Notes under the pieces: model-generated | Seen by the model: the letters and a program-made list of their open reading frames with translations, nothing else | What the model was told of the DNA's origin: nothing | Databases searched by the model: none | Source of the DNA: the human T2T-CHM13v2.0 reference genome, Homo sapiens | Strand: one strand, 5' to 3' | NCBI RefSeq assembly: GCF_009914755.1 | Contig: NC_060947.1 | Length of the DNA: 64,000 bases | In this document: positions 1-13,450 of the stretch, piece after piece | Layout of the letters: every line of letters begins with the position of its first letter | Position numbering within the stretch: position 1 is the stretch's first letter | Program-made: the position numbers and the translations under genes

Positions 1-993
1 TTAAAATTACATTTACCATAAGACCTACAAGTTTACACAAGTAAAATAAAACTTGTGTTTACACACATATCTGTATGCAACTGTGTACGGTACAATTATT
101 GAAAAAAAAAAAAACCAACTTGAAAAAAAAAAACAAGATTGTCCATCACCTGACTTGTACCCAACTCAGTAATAAAAACAACACTGAAGCAATTGAGTCT
201 TGTCTGCTTTTCTTGCATTCTCTCTCCCTGTCTCTGTTTCTCTCTCTGTGTGTGTCTTTTTTTCACACTCACTCTCTCACTCATCACAGTGTTAGGAAGT
301 GACACCACATGAAAAATAAAAGGAAAACGAAAGACATGTAAGTTAAAATAAATAGTAATAGCAAAACAAAATGAAATAAATCAAAGAGTACAAGTTTCTG
401 TGTGCTCTGCACAACCTCTTATAAATTGGTGGCTTATAAAGGATTCAAATGCTTTTCAAAGAATGAGTACCTCTTCAGCCAATGAAGAAAAAAATGAGCT
501 TTCATATTTGAGACAGAAAATATGTTGTCAGCAGGTTGGGATCTGAGTAGTAGGAGGGGATTTGGAAAGGCCTAAAAAGAAGGCTTGAAAACGAGGAGGA
601 GGGAATAATAAATAATAACTTGTAAACTGATATAAGCATCAAGAAAGAAAAAGGTTCTGTAAAAACTTAATACTCTGCAGCAGAGAATAAAAACATAGCC
701 ACACTGAAAACCTGGTTTTCATTTTTGTCAGGCAACTTTGTAAAAATAGGTATCAATCCCAGGAAAAGATATCCCAGGAAAAAATAAAAACAAGAAAAGG
801 CGTTTTTCCAGGACCTTTAGTTCCTAGGACTTACCTCTGCAAATTTACATAAGATGATTCCATGAGATAGTCCAGCAGGGTGGCGGAGGTGTGTGAACAG
901 CATAGATGTACTCTATGGAAAACAGCTCTCTGCATGCAACTAATCTTCCCTCAAGTGCACCCATAGTTATATTACATATGCTGCATATGTCAC

Positions 994-1070
994 GTGTTAC
1001 ACCACTCGTAGAGGTTTCAATCATATGTCATTACCATATGTGATTGCTACTCTCTCGAGTAAGGCCCCGC
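994..1070 (-). ncRNA. mir-510-like hairpin (MIR-506 family paralog, apparently unannotated; miRNA or pseudo-miRNA)
   Basis: Minus strand reads GCGGGGCCU-UACUCGAGAGAGUAGCAAUCAC-AUAUGGUAAUGACAUAUG-AUUGAAACCUCUACGAGUGGU-GUAACAC. It aligns end to end with mir-510 at 18021-18094 and has paralogous flanks. Confidence 0.6.
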
Positions 1071-1294
1071 AGACAGCATGTCTAAGGATGGAAGCCCTGC
1101 TTAAACACCCATTCATGTACCTTTTAAAAAGCTACTCAATGTTTTCAGGCTGTGAGTGGCTACCAGTATTTGTTCAAAGTACCTCTACAGTGAACACTCC
1201 ACTGTTTTTTTTCCTCATCCATTCTTCCCTGAAGTGCTGTCCACTTGTGTGTTGAAGTTTTCACATGGTAGTTTTCAGAACTGAGGAGCAATAA

Positions 1295-1570
<276 letters not shown>

Positions 1571-1820
1571 TTAAGCCTTTCTCTTATGTTCTCTTGCATA
1601 TATAAGACGTACCCCTGTGTGTCTTGTCCTGGTTTTTTTTATCCATTATTATATATAAAGCATTAACAAATCATTTGTCTTCTTTAGACCCAATAATTAA
1701 GCAGTAAATACACTCCATCTCACCACTCTTGCCTTGTCACCCAAAGATCTGAGTCCTTTTATCTGAGTTATGTTCCTCAATTTCTGAATCACAGAATGAG
1801 CAGATAAAAAAGACCAGATT

Positions 1821-2371
<551 letters not shown>

Positions 2372-2609
2372 TCATTTTTCTTTCCAGACTCCGTAATCGA
2401 AAAAGCTCATTTTACATACCAGCAGTGATCAACGAGACAGAAAATGGTCTTGGTATCTTGGGATGTTCTTATATTTCTTTTTGTTCCTGAGTTTTCTGAG
2501 CATTTTCCTGGAACAAGATAGTTTAAAGTTTTTTTTTTTTTTACACTTTTCCATTCAGTAACATAGCATGAGCATGGCCTCAGAAAGGTGAAACACCAGA
2601 GTCATACCA

Positions 2610-3700
2610 AAATATGCCTAATGGAAATAGCATTAGGACAGGAGAGAGAAAACCAGAAAAAAATAGTGTTGAAAGAAATAATGCTAAAAACTTCAAATTT
2701 CATAAAAAACATAAATGTACACATCAAAAAAGTGAGATAAGCATGAAGATATCCAGACTTAAAGACATTGTATTCAATCTGTTAATGGAGAGAGAGAGAG
2801 AGAAAGAGAATGTGTAAAAGAAAGAATACCTTTATAGCTGCAAGAGAAAGGGAGCATATTTCATACAAGTGATTCTTACAAGATTTAACACTGACTTCTT
2901 TTGAGAAACCATGGAAGCTGGAATCAGTTGTAGAACATATTCAAAATGCTGAAAGAAAAACATAGTTAACCATGAATCTCACATCTAAGTCTAAAAGTTG
3001 TTAGATACAGCATTAAAAGCATAATGCATACATTGAAAAACTGTTAAGTCGTACTTTATCAAAATTGAAAACATTTGCTCTGCACAAAATACTGTTGAAA
3101 ATGAAAAAAACAAAACAGATTGAGAGATAATATATGTAAATCATAATTCTGGCCAAGAAATTGTATGCAGTATACCTATATATCTCTATCTATATGTATA
3201 TAGTAAACCTCAAAGATAAGTGAACAACTCGGTAAAGGTGAGAAAAATCCCAAAAGCACTTCACCAAGGAAGATACATGAATGGTAAGTAAGTACATGTA
3301 CAGGTGCTCAACATTTTCCGTCAGTAAGGTGATGCAAATTAAAACCACAACTGACAAGGGAACTATACACATATTAAAATTGCTAATAAAAACAAAACAA
3401 AGGCTTTTCAATACAAAATGCTGATAAGAAGTTGGGTAATTGGATCACTAATACATTGCTTAATGCAGCACAAAATGGTAAAACCATTCTGGAAATTATT
3501 TTTTAATTAATTTTAAATGTAAACTTACACTTGCCATGTGACCTTCAAATCCTACTAGTAGCAGTTTACACAAGGAAAATGAAACTTGTGTTCATATATA
3601 CATCTGTATGCAAATATACAAAGTAGCTTTATTTTTAGCCATGAATAACTGGAATAAAACCTAGATGTCCACCTGTGACTTCTACCCTACTTGATTAAAA
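2610..3700 (+). mobile_element. Ancient L1M fragments (ORF1 piece joined to ORF2 3' region), part of the ancestral miRNA duplication unit
   Basis: A-rich L1-like sequence; the gaaaccatgga...ctaag...tagat...cattaaaa junction recurs at ~11650 and ~20610. Confidence 0.65.
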
Positions 3701-4449
3701 AAAAAAAAAAACAGATTATTCTTGCTCTAATTCTGACTCTCATTCTCTCTCCTTTACCCATTTTCTGCTTCCATACACCCTCTCTCATCACTGAATGAGA
3801 AAGAAACAACATAAAGGAAGTAAATGAAAACCTAGAGATAAAAAATGTTTTTAAGTAAATGCAAAAAAATCAAACAATAAAAAATTCTCAGCATTATTCA
3901 CAATTCCTGATATATGACTTACTAATAATAGATTAAAATATATTTACAAAAGAACGAATATGTACTTTATTAGCACATGAAGAAAGAGGACATTTTATAT
4001 CTGAGATAGAATATATTTTGATTTTCAGAAGGTTAAGTGTTTAAGAAGCAGGAGGGAATTTTGGAAAGCTTAAGAAGACTTGAAAATGAGAAAGGAAGCT
4101 AACAGTTAACAGATTTGGATGTTGGAGTAGGCAATAGTTTCTGCAAAAAGAATAATACTCTTAAGGCAGAAAGAAACTGTAAAATGGCAAGATAAACCTT
4201 GGTTCAATCAGGCAACATCATAGAAATGGAAATCAATCTCAGAAGAACTCAATGGGAGGCTTGTTGCAAGGACCTTAAATTCCTAGATCACGTGTCTGGT
4301 GGTCAGGCACCTGAGAGAGTTTTCTGAGGTAGTCCAGCATGGAAGTGGAGGGTTTGTGAGGGTAAAATACCTGCACTGTAAGGAAAGCATCCCTCTGCAT
4401 GCAACTAAATGCCTCCAACACACACACAGTGTCATCATGTATGTTGCAC

Positions 4450-4539
4450 GTGTCATGCAGTACTCTACCCACAGACGTACCAATCATTTTTAATTATACA
4501 TGATTGCCACGTCTGCAGTAGGGTACCACACACAGCATG
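4450..4539 (-). ncRNA. MIR509-2: pre-mir-509 (509-2 position, carrying a 509-3-type 5p arm)
   Basis: 3p UGAUUGGUACGUCUGUGGGUAG at 4465-4486; 5p UACUGCAGACGUGGCAAUCAUG at 4499-4520. Confidence 0.9.
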
Positions 4540-5335
4540 TCTGAGGATGGCAGCCTTGCCTTAATACCCACCCATTCACCTTTAAAACAACCATTCAATA
4601 TTTACAAGCTGTGCGTGGCCATTGGAATTTGGACGAAGGACTTCTGCAGAATTCAATCCACTATCTTTCCTTATATTTCCCGCTTTGAGTCCTGTCCACT
4701 CCCACGTTGCATCTTTCACATGACAGTTTTCAGAACTGAGAAATATTAAACATTTCTGTTAGGTTCTGTTACTCACAGAAGAAATATCCTTGCATGTCTT
4801 ATCCTGTTCCTTATAATAGATTAAAATGTATTTACAAAAGAACGAATATGTACTTTATTAGCACATGAAGAAAGAGGACTTTGTATATCTGAGATAGAAA
4901 ATATTTTGATTTTCAGAAAAGTTAAGTGTTTAAGAAGCAGGAGAGAATTTTGGAAGGCTTAAGAAGACTTGAAAATGAGAAAGGAAGCTAACCATTAATA
5001 GATTTGGATGTTGGAGCAGGAAACAGTTTCTGCAAAATGAATAATACTCTTAAGGCGTAAAGAAACTGTATAATGGCACAATAAACCTTGATTCAATCAG
5101 GCAGCATCATAGAAATGGAAATCAATCTCAGAAAAACTCAATGGGAGGCTTGTTGCAAGGACCTTAAATTCCTAGACCATGTGTCTGATTAGGCACCTAA
5201 GAGAGTTTTTTGAGGTAGTCCAGCATGGAAGTGGAGGGTTTGTGAGGGTAAAATACCTGCACTATAGGGAAAGCATCCCTCTGCATGCAACTAAATGCCT
5301 CCAACACACACACAGTGTCATCATGTATGTTGCAC

Positions 5336-5425
5336 GTGTCATGCAGTACTCTACCCACAGACGTACCAATCATTTTTAATTATACATGATTGCCACGTCT
5401 GCAGTAGGGTACCACACACAGCATG
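5336..5425 (-). ncRNA. MIR509-3: pre-mir-509-3
   Basis: Same miR-509-3p; 5p UACUGCAGACGUGGCAAUCAUG matches recalled miR-509-3-5p; middle copy. Confidence 0.92.
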
Positions 5426-6220
5426 TCTGAGGATGGCAGCCTTGCCTTAATACCCACCCATTCACCTTTGAAACAACCATTCAATATTTACAACCTGTGA
5501 GTGACCATTGGAATTTGGACAAAGGACTTCTGTAGAATCCAATCCACTATCTTTCCTTATGTTTCCTGCTTTGAGTGCTGTCCACTCCCATGTTGCAGCT
5601 TTCACATGACAGTTTTCAGAACTGAGAAATATTAAACATTTCTGCTAGGTCCTGTTACTCACAGAAGAAATATCCTTGCATGTCTTATCCTGTTCCTTAT
5701 AATAGATTAAAATATATTTACAAAAGAACGAATATGTACTTTATTAGCACATGAAGAAAGAGGACTTTGTATATCTGAGACAGAAAATATTTTGATTTTC
5801 AGAAAGTTAAGTGTTTAAGAAGCAGGAGGGAATTTTGGAAGGCTTAAGAAGACTTGAAAATTAGAAAGGAAGCTAACCGTTAATAGATTTGGATGTTGGA
5901 GAAGGAAATAGTTTCTGCAAAATGAATAATACTCTTAAGGCAGAAAGAAACTGTAAAATGGCAAGATAAACCTTGGTTCAATCAGGCAACATCATAGAAA
6001 TGGAAGTCAATCTCAGAAGAACTCAATGGGAGGCTTGTTGCAAGGACCTTAAATTCCTAGATCACGTGTCTGGTGGTCAGGCACCTGAGAGAGTTTTCTG
6101 AGGTAGTCCAGCATGGAAGTGGAGGGTTTGTGAGGGTAAAATACCTGCACTGTAAGGAAAGCATCCCTCTGCATGCAACTAAATGCCTCCAACACACACA
6201 CAGTGTCATCATGTATGTTG

Positions 6221-6314
6221 CATGTGTCATGCAGTACTCTACCCACAGACGTACCAATCATTTTTAATTATACATGATTGCCACTGTCTGCAGTAGGGTA
6301 CCACACACAGCATG
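6221..6314 (-). ncRNA. MIR509-1: pre-mir-509-1
   Basis: 5p UACUGCAGACAGUGGCAAUCA matches recalled miR-509-5p; 94-nt hairpin ending GACACAUG. Confidence 0.92.
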
Positions 6315-6682
6315 TCTGAGGATGGCAGCCTTGCCTTAATACCCACCCATTCACCTTTAAAACAGCCATTCAATATTTACAAGTTGTGGGTGGCCATTGG
6401 AATTTGGACAAAGGACTTCTGCAGAATCCAATCCACTATCTTTCCTTATGTTTCCTGCTTTGAGTGCTGTCCACTCCCATGTTGCAGCTTTCACGTGACA
6501 GTTTTCAGAACTGAGAAATATTAAACATTTCTGTTAGGTTCTGTTACTCACAGAAGAAATATCCTTGCATGTCTTATCCTGTTCCTTTTCACATTGCTAC
6601 TTGCAAAGCATTAACTACCAGTTTGCATTCTCCATATCCATTAATTAAGTAGTAAATAATCCTCCATCTCATCAATCTCATA

Positions 6683-9002
6683 TGATAAGGTTTGGCTCTG
6701 TGTCCCCACCTAAATTTCATCTTGTAGCTCCCATGATTCCCATATGCTGTGGGAGGGACCCAGTGGAAGATGATTGAATCATGGGGGCAGGTCTTTCCTC
6801 TGCTGTTCTCATAATAGTGACTAAGTCTCATGAGATCTGATGGTTTTAAATATGGGAGTTTTCCTGCACAAGCTCTCTATCTTTGCCTGTCGCCATCCAT
6901 GTAAGATGTGACATGCTCCTCCTTGCCTTCTAACATGATTGTGAGGCTTCCCCAGCCACATGGAACTATGAATTCTCCATTAAACCTCTTTCCTTTGTAA
7001 ATTGCCCAGTCTTGGGTACGTCTTTATCAGCAATGTGAAAATGGGCTAATACAGTAAATTGGTACCAGTAGAGTGGGACACTGCTGAAAAGATACCTGAA
7101 AATATGGAAGCGACTTTCGAACTGGGTAACAGGCACGGGTTGAAACACTTTGGAGAGCTCAGAAGAAGACAGGAAAATGTAGGAAAGTTTGGAACTCCCT
7201 AGAGACTTGACTTGTTGAATGGCTTTGCCCAAAATGCTGATAATGATATGGACAATGAAATCCAGGTTAAGGTAGTCTCAGATGGAGATGAGGAACTTGT
7301 TAGAAACTGCAGCAAAGGTGACTCTTTATGTTTTAGCAAAGAGACTGGCAGCATCTTGCCCCTGCCCTAGAGATCTGTGGAACTTTGAACTTGAGAGAGA
7401 TGATTTAGGGTACCTGGCAGAAGAAATTTCTAAGCAGCAAAGCATTCAAGAGGTAACTTGCATGCAGTTAAAGGCATTCCATTTTATAAGGGAGGCAGAG
7501 CATAAAAGATTGGAAAATGTGCAGCCTGACAATGCTATAGAAAAGAAAAACCCACTTTCTGAGGAAAATCCAAGCCAGCTGTAGAAATTTGCATAAGTAA
7601 TGAAGAGCCAAATGTTAGTCCCCAAGACAATGGGGAAAGATCTCCATGGCATGTTAGAGGTCTTCGTGGCAGCCCCTCCCATCACAGGCCTGGAGGCCTA
7701 GGGGGATAATGTTGCTTTGAGGGCCAGGCCCAGGGTTCCTGTGCCGTGTGTAGTCTAGGGACTTGGTGCCCTGTGTCCCATCCACTCCAACTGTGGCTAA
7801 AAGGGGTCAAGGTATAGCTCAGGCTGTGGCTTTGGAGGGTACAAGCCCCAAGCCTTGGCAGCTTCCATAAGCTGTTGAGCCTGTGGGTTCACAGAAGTCA
7901 AGAACTGAGGTTTCGGAACCTCCACCTAGATTTCAGAGGATGAATAGAAATGCCTGGATCTCCAGGCAGAAGTTTGCCGGAGAGGCAAGGATCTCACGGA
8001 GAACCTCTGCTAGGACAGTGCAGAAGGAAAAGCTGAGATCACAGCCCCAACACAGAGTCCCTACTGAGGCACTGCCTAGTAGAGCTGTGAGAAGGCCACC
8101 ATACGCCAGACCCCAGAATGGTAGATCCACTGACAGCTTGCACTGTGTGCCTACAAAAGCCACAGACACTCAACACTGGCCCATGAAGACAGCCAAGAAG
8201 GAGGCTGTACCCTGCAAAGCCACAGGGGAAGAGTTGCCCAAGACCTTGGGAACCTACCTTTTGCATCAGCATGACCTGGATGTGAGAAATGGAGTCAAAG
8301 GAGATCACTTTGGAGCTTTAAGATTTGACTGCCCCACCAGATTTTGGACTTGCATGGGACCTGTAGCCCGTTTGTTTTGGCCAATTTCTTCCATTTGGAT
8401 TGGCTGTATCTTCCCAATGCCTGTACCCCCAACTATATCTAGGAAGTAACTAACCTGCTTTTGATTTTACAGGCTCTTAGGTTGAAGGGACTTGCCTTGT
8501 CTCAGACAAGACCTTGGATTGTGGACTTTTTAGTTAATGCTGAAATGAGTTAAGACTTTGGGGGACTGTTGGGAAGGAATGATTGTGTTTTGAAATATGA
8601 GAACATGAGATTTTGGAGGGGCCTGAGTGGAATGATATGGTTTGGCTCTGTGTCCCCACCCAGATCTCATCTTGTAGCTCCCCTGATTCCCATGTGTTGT
8701 GGGAGGGACCCGGTGGAAGATTGAATCATGGGGGCGGGTCTTCCCTGTGCTGTTCTTGTGATTGTGACTAAGTTTCACAAGATCTGATGGTTTTAAAAAT
8801 GGGAGTATTCTAGTGCAAGCTCTCTCTCTCTTGGCCTGCCACCATCCTTGTAAGATGTGACTTGTTCCTCCTTGCCTTCTGCCATGATTGTGAGGTTCCC
8901 CCAGCCACATGGAACTGTGAGTTCTCCATTAAACCTCTTTCCTTTGTAAATTGCTTAGTCTTGGGTATGTCTTTATCAGCAGTGTGAAAACTGATTAATA
9001 CA
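6683..9002 (+). mobile_element. Full-length THE1 (THE1B-like) MaLR: LTR 6683-7053, internal region, LTR 8633-9002
   Basis: Two LTRs tgata.ggtttggctctg...taataca; 5-bp TSD TCATA/CCATA; ORF 7883-8449 is an internal-region remnant. Confidence 0.95.
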
Positions 9003-9821
9003 CCATATCTGTCACCTGAAGATATGAGTCCCTCTAAGTCTTGAGTTATGCACCTCAACTACTGAGACACAGAATAAACAAGAAAAACACACATGATCCT
9101 GGAATTAAAGAATAGAATAATCAGTGAATGATGAGATAAAGAGAGCAGAAATTTCCTTTCTTCCTCAGCAAGTAATGTGTAAAAAGCCCATTTTACTTAT
9201 CAGGAGTAATCTACAAGATTAAAACTATACCTGTTGCCTAAGGATGCCCTCAAATTCTTTCCTAGGTTTTCAGGGTCTTTTCTTGGAACAAGTTTGTTTT
9301 GAGCATGCTATTGTATTTTTCCATTCTGAGATATACTACATAGTGTATGCATCTCCGTGGAAAAACTGAACCTGGTACATCAAGCTATGGGTATATAAAT
9401 ATGATGAATGAATGCCAGAGGATGAGGATTGAGGAGTTTAGGTGACTGTGGCCTACAAAAGGAATTTCCTTCCAGCACCCAATAAGTGCTATGGTATATT
9501 CATGGAAGTCATAGGCTTTCGGCATTTCTCAACCATCCCACACACCCAGCTTAATGGCTCGGAGACAAAACACCATGTGTACGTGGTAAGAAGTCAGGGG
9601 CACTCTTCCAATGCTCAGACCACTATTCTAGAGTGTACTGCAGATGCAGCATATGAAAACGTGGTCTACAACCACTGATAAGCAACATGCTCATAAAGCA
9701 GAAGTGTCCCTGTGAGGGAAGGAAGCCACTGCCCTTAATGCCATCTCCGGCTCAGTGATTCTAAGATTTTGCCTAGTGTGAGATGCTGGCCTAATATAGA
9801 ATATTAAAGCTCTCCCTAAAG

Positions 9822-10163
9822 TAGGGGTCCCCAACCCCCAGGCTGTGGACCAGTACCAGTCCATGACCTGTTAGGAACCAGGCCACACAGCAGGAGGTGA
9901 GTGGTGGGCAAGCAAGCCAGCATTACTGCCTGACCTCCACCTACTGTCAGTTCAGTGGTAGCATTAGATTCTCATAGAAGCAAGAACCCTATTGTGACCT
10001 GCCCACGTGAAAGATCTGGGTTGCACACTGCTTATGAGAATCTAATGCCTGATGATCTGAGATGAAACAGTCTCATCCCAAAACCATCCCCTCCAACCTG
10101 GTCTGTGGAAAAATTGTCTTCCATGAAACCAGTCCCTGGTGCCAGGAAGGTTGGCGACCACTG
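9822..10163 (+). mobile_element. MER1B hAT-Charlie DNA transposon
   Basis: Termini taggggtccccaacc / ggttggcgaccactg; 8-bp TSD CCCTAAAG/CCCTACAG. Confidence 0.92.
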
Positions 10164-10466
10164 CCCTACAGAATCTGACTTTATTTGTAACAGAGTATGG
10201 GAAAGGTCAATCCTAATACATTCTCAAAAGCAATGTAGATTTTGGTGATTAGCAAATAAGATGATGCTCCCTGAGAGCAAGAAACCAGAGCGAACCAGGG
10301 AAAGAGATAAATAACGAAAGCCCTCTTGGTTTCCGTAAAAACTTAAAAACATTCCTCAAAAACTACCTATGGAAAAGCACCTAAATTATTTGAATAAAAC
10401 TCTGGAACAGTTTTTGTCCATAGCGTTTAAGAAATATATAATAATTATCTAAAATTAGGGAGCCTA

Positions 10467-10760
<294 letters not shown>

Positions 10761-10799
10761 CTACGAAGAGCAACATAAGAGGCTTCATGCTGCAGACAA

Positions 10800-12235
10800 A
10801 TCTTTAATAGTACAGTATTTTAAATTTAATATGCCGTTAAACAAAAGACAAAAACAAAACAATCTCTAGGAGGGGAGAATATTATCTGGAATTGCTACAG
10901 TAAATCATCTAAAATGTCTAGCTTTCAATAACATTTCTAAGACATGAAAAGAAAAGGAAAATGTATCCTATACACAGGAGAAAAACAGACACTAGAATCC
11001 AAAGTATTCCTGTGATGAGGTCCAAATATCACAGTCATGGATAAATACGTTAAAGCAAGTATAAATATTTACAAAGATATAAACCATTATTTGAGAAATA
11101 AAGGAAGTTATTGTGACAATCTCTCATCAGACACATATATCAAAAAAGAGGTAGAAAATGTTTTAAATAGAATATTCTGGAGTTTAAAAGCACAACATCT
11201 GAAATGAAAAAAATCAACAGAGAGGTTCAACAGTAGATTTGAACTAGCAGAGGAAAGACTAGAAAACAGATTGATAATGATTATTCTTTACAGAGAATAT
11301 ACAGTAAAATGAATGAGTGTAAAAAGCAGAGCCTTAGATAAAAGTGGAACAGGAGAAGAAACAATAAAATATGTATTGGGAGTAACAGAAGGAGAGAGAA
11401 AAGGAAAAAGAGCAGTAAAAAATCTTTAAAATAATGGTTAAAAATTTCCCAAATGTAATAAAAAACAATAACCTACACATTAAAGACATGCAACAAATTC
11501 AAAGTAGAATAAACATAAGGAGGTCCAAATGGACAGATATTATATTTAATCTGTCGGTGATGATAAAAGGAATTTTGAAAGCTATAACAGAAAAACAGTT
11601 CATTGCGTAAAATAAATCCTCACTAAGATTAACACTGAACATTTCATCAGAAACCATGGAGGCCAGAAGACAGTGAGATGACATATTCAAAGTGCTGAAA
11701 AAATAATATGTCAACCAAGATTCTTATATCTAAGACTAAAAGCTCTTAGATGAGACATTAAAAGCACAATTCAGAAAGGAAAAAGAATGACCAATTACAA
11801 TATATCAAAATAAATGTAATAACCTTTGTTCTGTGTAGCACAATGCTAATAGAGTGAAAAACAAAGACACCCTGTGAAAATATATGCGATTGACATTTCT
11901 GTAAAATGACTGAAAGTATGAATACAATAAAAACTCTTAAACTCAATAATAGTAAATCAAACAACTCAATAAAAATGGAAAAAGTATCCACATCTCCACG
12001 GACAGTTTGCCAGAGAAGATATGTGAATGGCAAGTAAGTGTATGAGGCAATTTCCAACATTTTCAGACAATGAGGAGATGCAAACTAAAACCATGACTGT
12101 GTGTACTAAAACAGCTAATAAAAAATAAGCCACAAAACTGCTGATACCAAGTGCTGGTAGGGATTTGGTTAACTGGAACTCTGCCACATTGTTCATGGCA
12201 GCATAAAATATTAAAGCCATTCTGGAAAACAGTTC
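10800..12235 (+). mobile_element. Ancient L1M ORF1/ORF2 fragments (paralog of 2610-3700 and 19800-21700)
   Basis: Shared deletion junction at ~11650-11765. Confidence 0.65.
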
Positions 12236-12737
12236 TTATGAATGTCTTTTTTTTTCCTTTCTTTTGTATTTAGTTGTCTTTAAAACTAGTAGATAAAATG
12301 GTATGTACTTACCATGTACAACATGATGTTTTGAAGAATATATACATAGTGCAATAGTTAAATCTAGCTAATTAACAGATGTGTTACCTCACATAGTTAT
12401 CTTTTTGGAGTGAGAACACTAAACATTTACCATCTTTGGATTTTTCAAGAATACAATATGTCATTATTAATTATAGTCACCATGCTGTGCAATAGATCTC
12501 TTGAACTTATTACTACTATCTATCTCTAATTATGTATTATTTGACCAATATTTCCTTATCTTCACCCTGAACACCTCAGCCTCTGGTAATCCCCATTCTA
12601 CTCTCTATTTCTATGAGATCAACATTTTTAGATTCCACATATGAGTGAGATCATGAAATACTGATGAAAGAAATTGGAAAAGACACAAATAAATGGAAAG
12701 ACATCCCATGTTCATGAATTTTAAGAAATACATTGTT

Positions 12738-13035
12738 TTTGCATGTGGTGGCTCATGCCTGTAGTCCCAGCACTTTGGGAGGCTGAGGTGGGTGAATTAC
12801 TTGCACTCACAAGTATGAGACCAGCCTGGGCAACAAAGTGAGACCCCATCACATCACTACAAAAAACATTAACACAAAAATTAGCTGCATGTAGTGGCGT
12901 GCACCTGTAGTCCCAGCAACTCATGAGGCTGAAGTGGGAGCATGGCTTGAGCCTGGGAGGCAGAAGTGGCAGTAAGCTGAGATTGCCCCACTGCACTACA
13001 GCTTGGGCAACAGAACCAGACTCTGTCTCAATAAA
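12738..13035 (+). mobile_element. Alu (AluJ-like)
   Basis: Diverged Alu dimer. Confidence 0.85.
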
Positions 13036-13134
13036 TATGTATTTAACATTTCCATGCTTCCCAAAAACAATTTACAGGTTCCATGCAATCCTTATCAAAA
13101 TGCCAATGACATTCTTCATATAAATCCAAAAACA

Positions 13135-13450
13135 GGTGGATCACACTTTTGTAATCCTAGCACTTTGGGAGGCAGAGGCCTGAGGATTGCTTGAGCCCAA
13201 AAGTTTGAGACCAGCCTGGGCAACATCAGGAGACTTCTGCTTTACCAAAAAAAAAAAAAAAAAAAAAAAAAATCAGAAAATTAGCCAGGCATGGTGGCTC
13301 ATGCCTGTAGTCCCAGCTACTTGTGAGGCTGAGGTGGGAGGATCACTTGAGTCCAGGAGGTCAAGGCTTCAGTGAACTATGATTGCACCACTGCATTCCA
13401 TCCTGGATGACAGAGTGAGACCCTGCCTCACTCTAAAACAAAAGGAAATA
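13135..13450 (+). mobile_element. Alu (AluJ-like)
   Basis: Diverged Alu dimer with long central A-tract. Confidence 0.85.

Larger units (their letters stand above)
3925..6587. repeat. Tandem triplication, ~887-bp unit, each copy carrying mir-509
   Basis: Units begin ataatagattaaaat at 3925, 4813 and 5699; the ORF track repeats with the same period. Confidence 0.97.

Noticed and set aside
1143-1258. Weak inverted repeat (gtgagtgg ... ccact) recurring next to each hairpin
   Set aside because: Pairing is short, depends on plus-strand G-U pairs that fail on the transcribed strand, and encloses a long unpaired loop; not a second miRNA.
4275-6524. Repeated 64-70 aa ORFs over the mir-509 units
   Set aside because: Short, overlap the miRNA hairpins, non-ATG starts, and inconsistent between copies.
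7883-8449. 188-aa ORF
   Set aside because: Lies within the THE1 internal region; a MaLR remnant, not a host gene.
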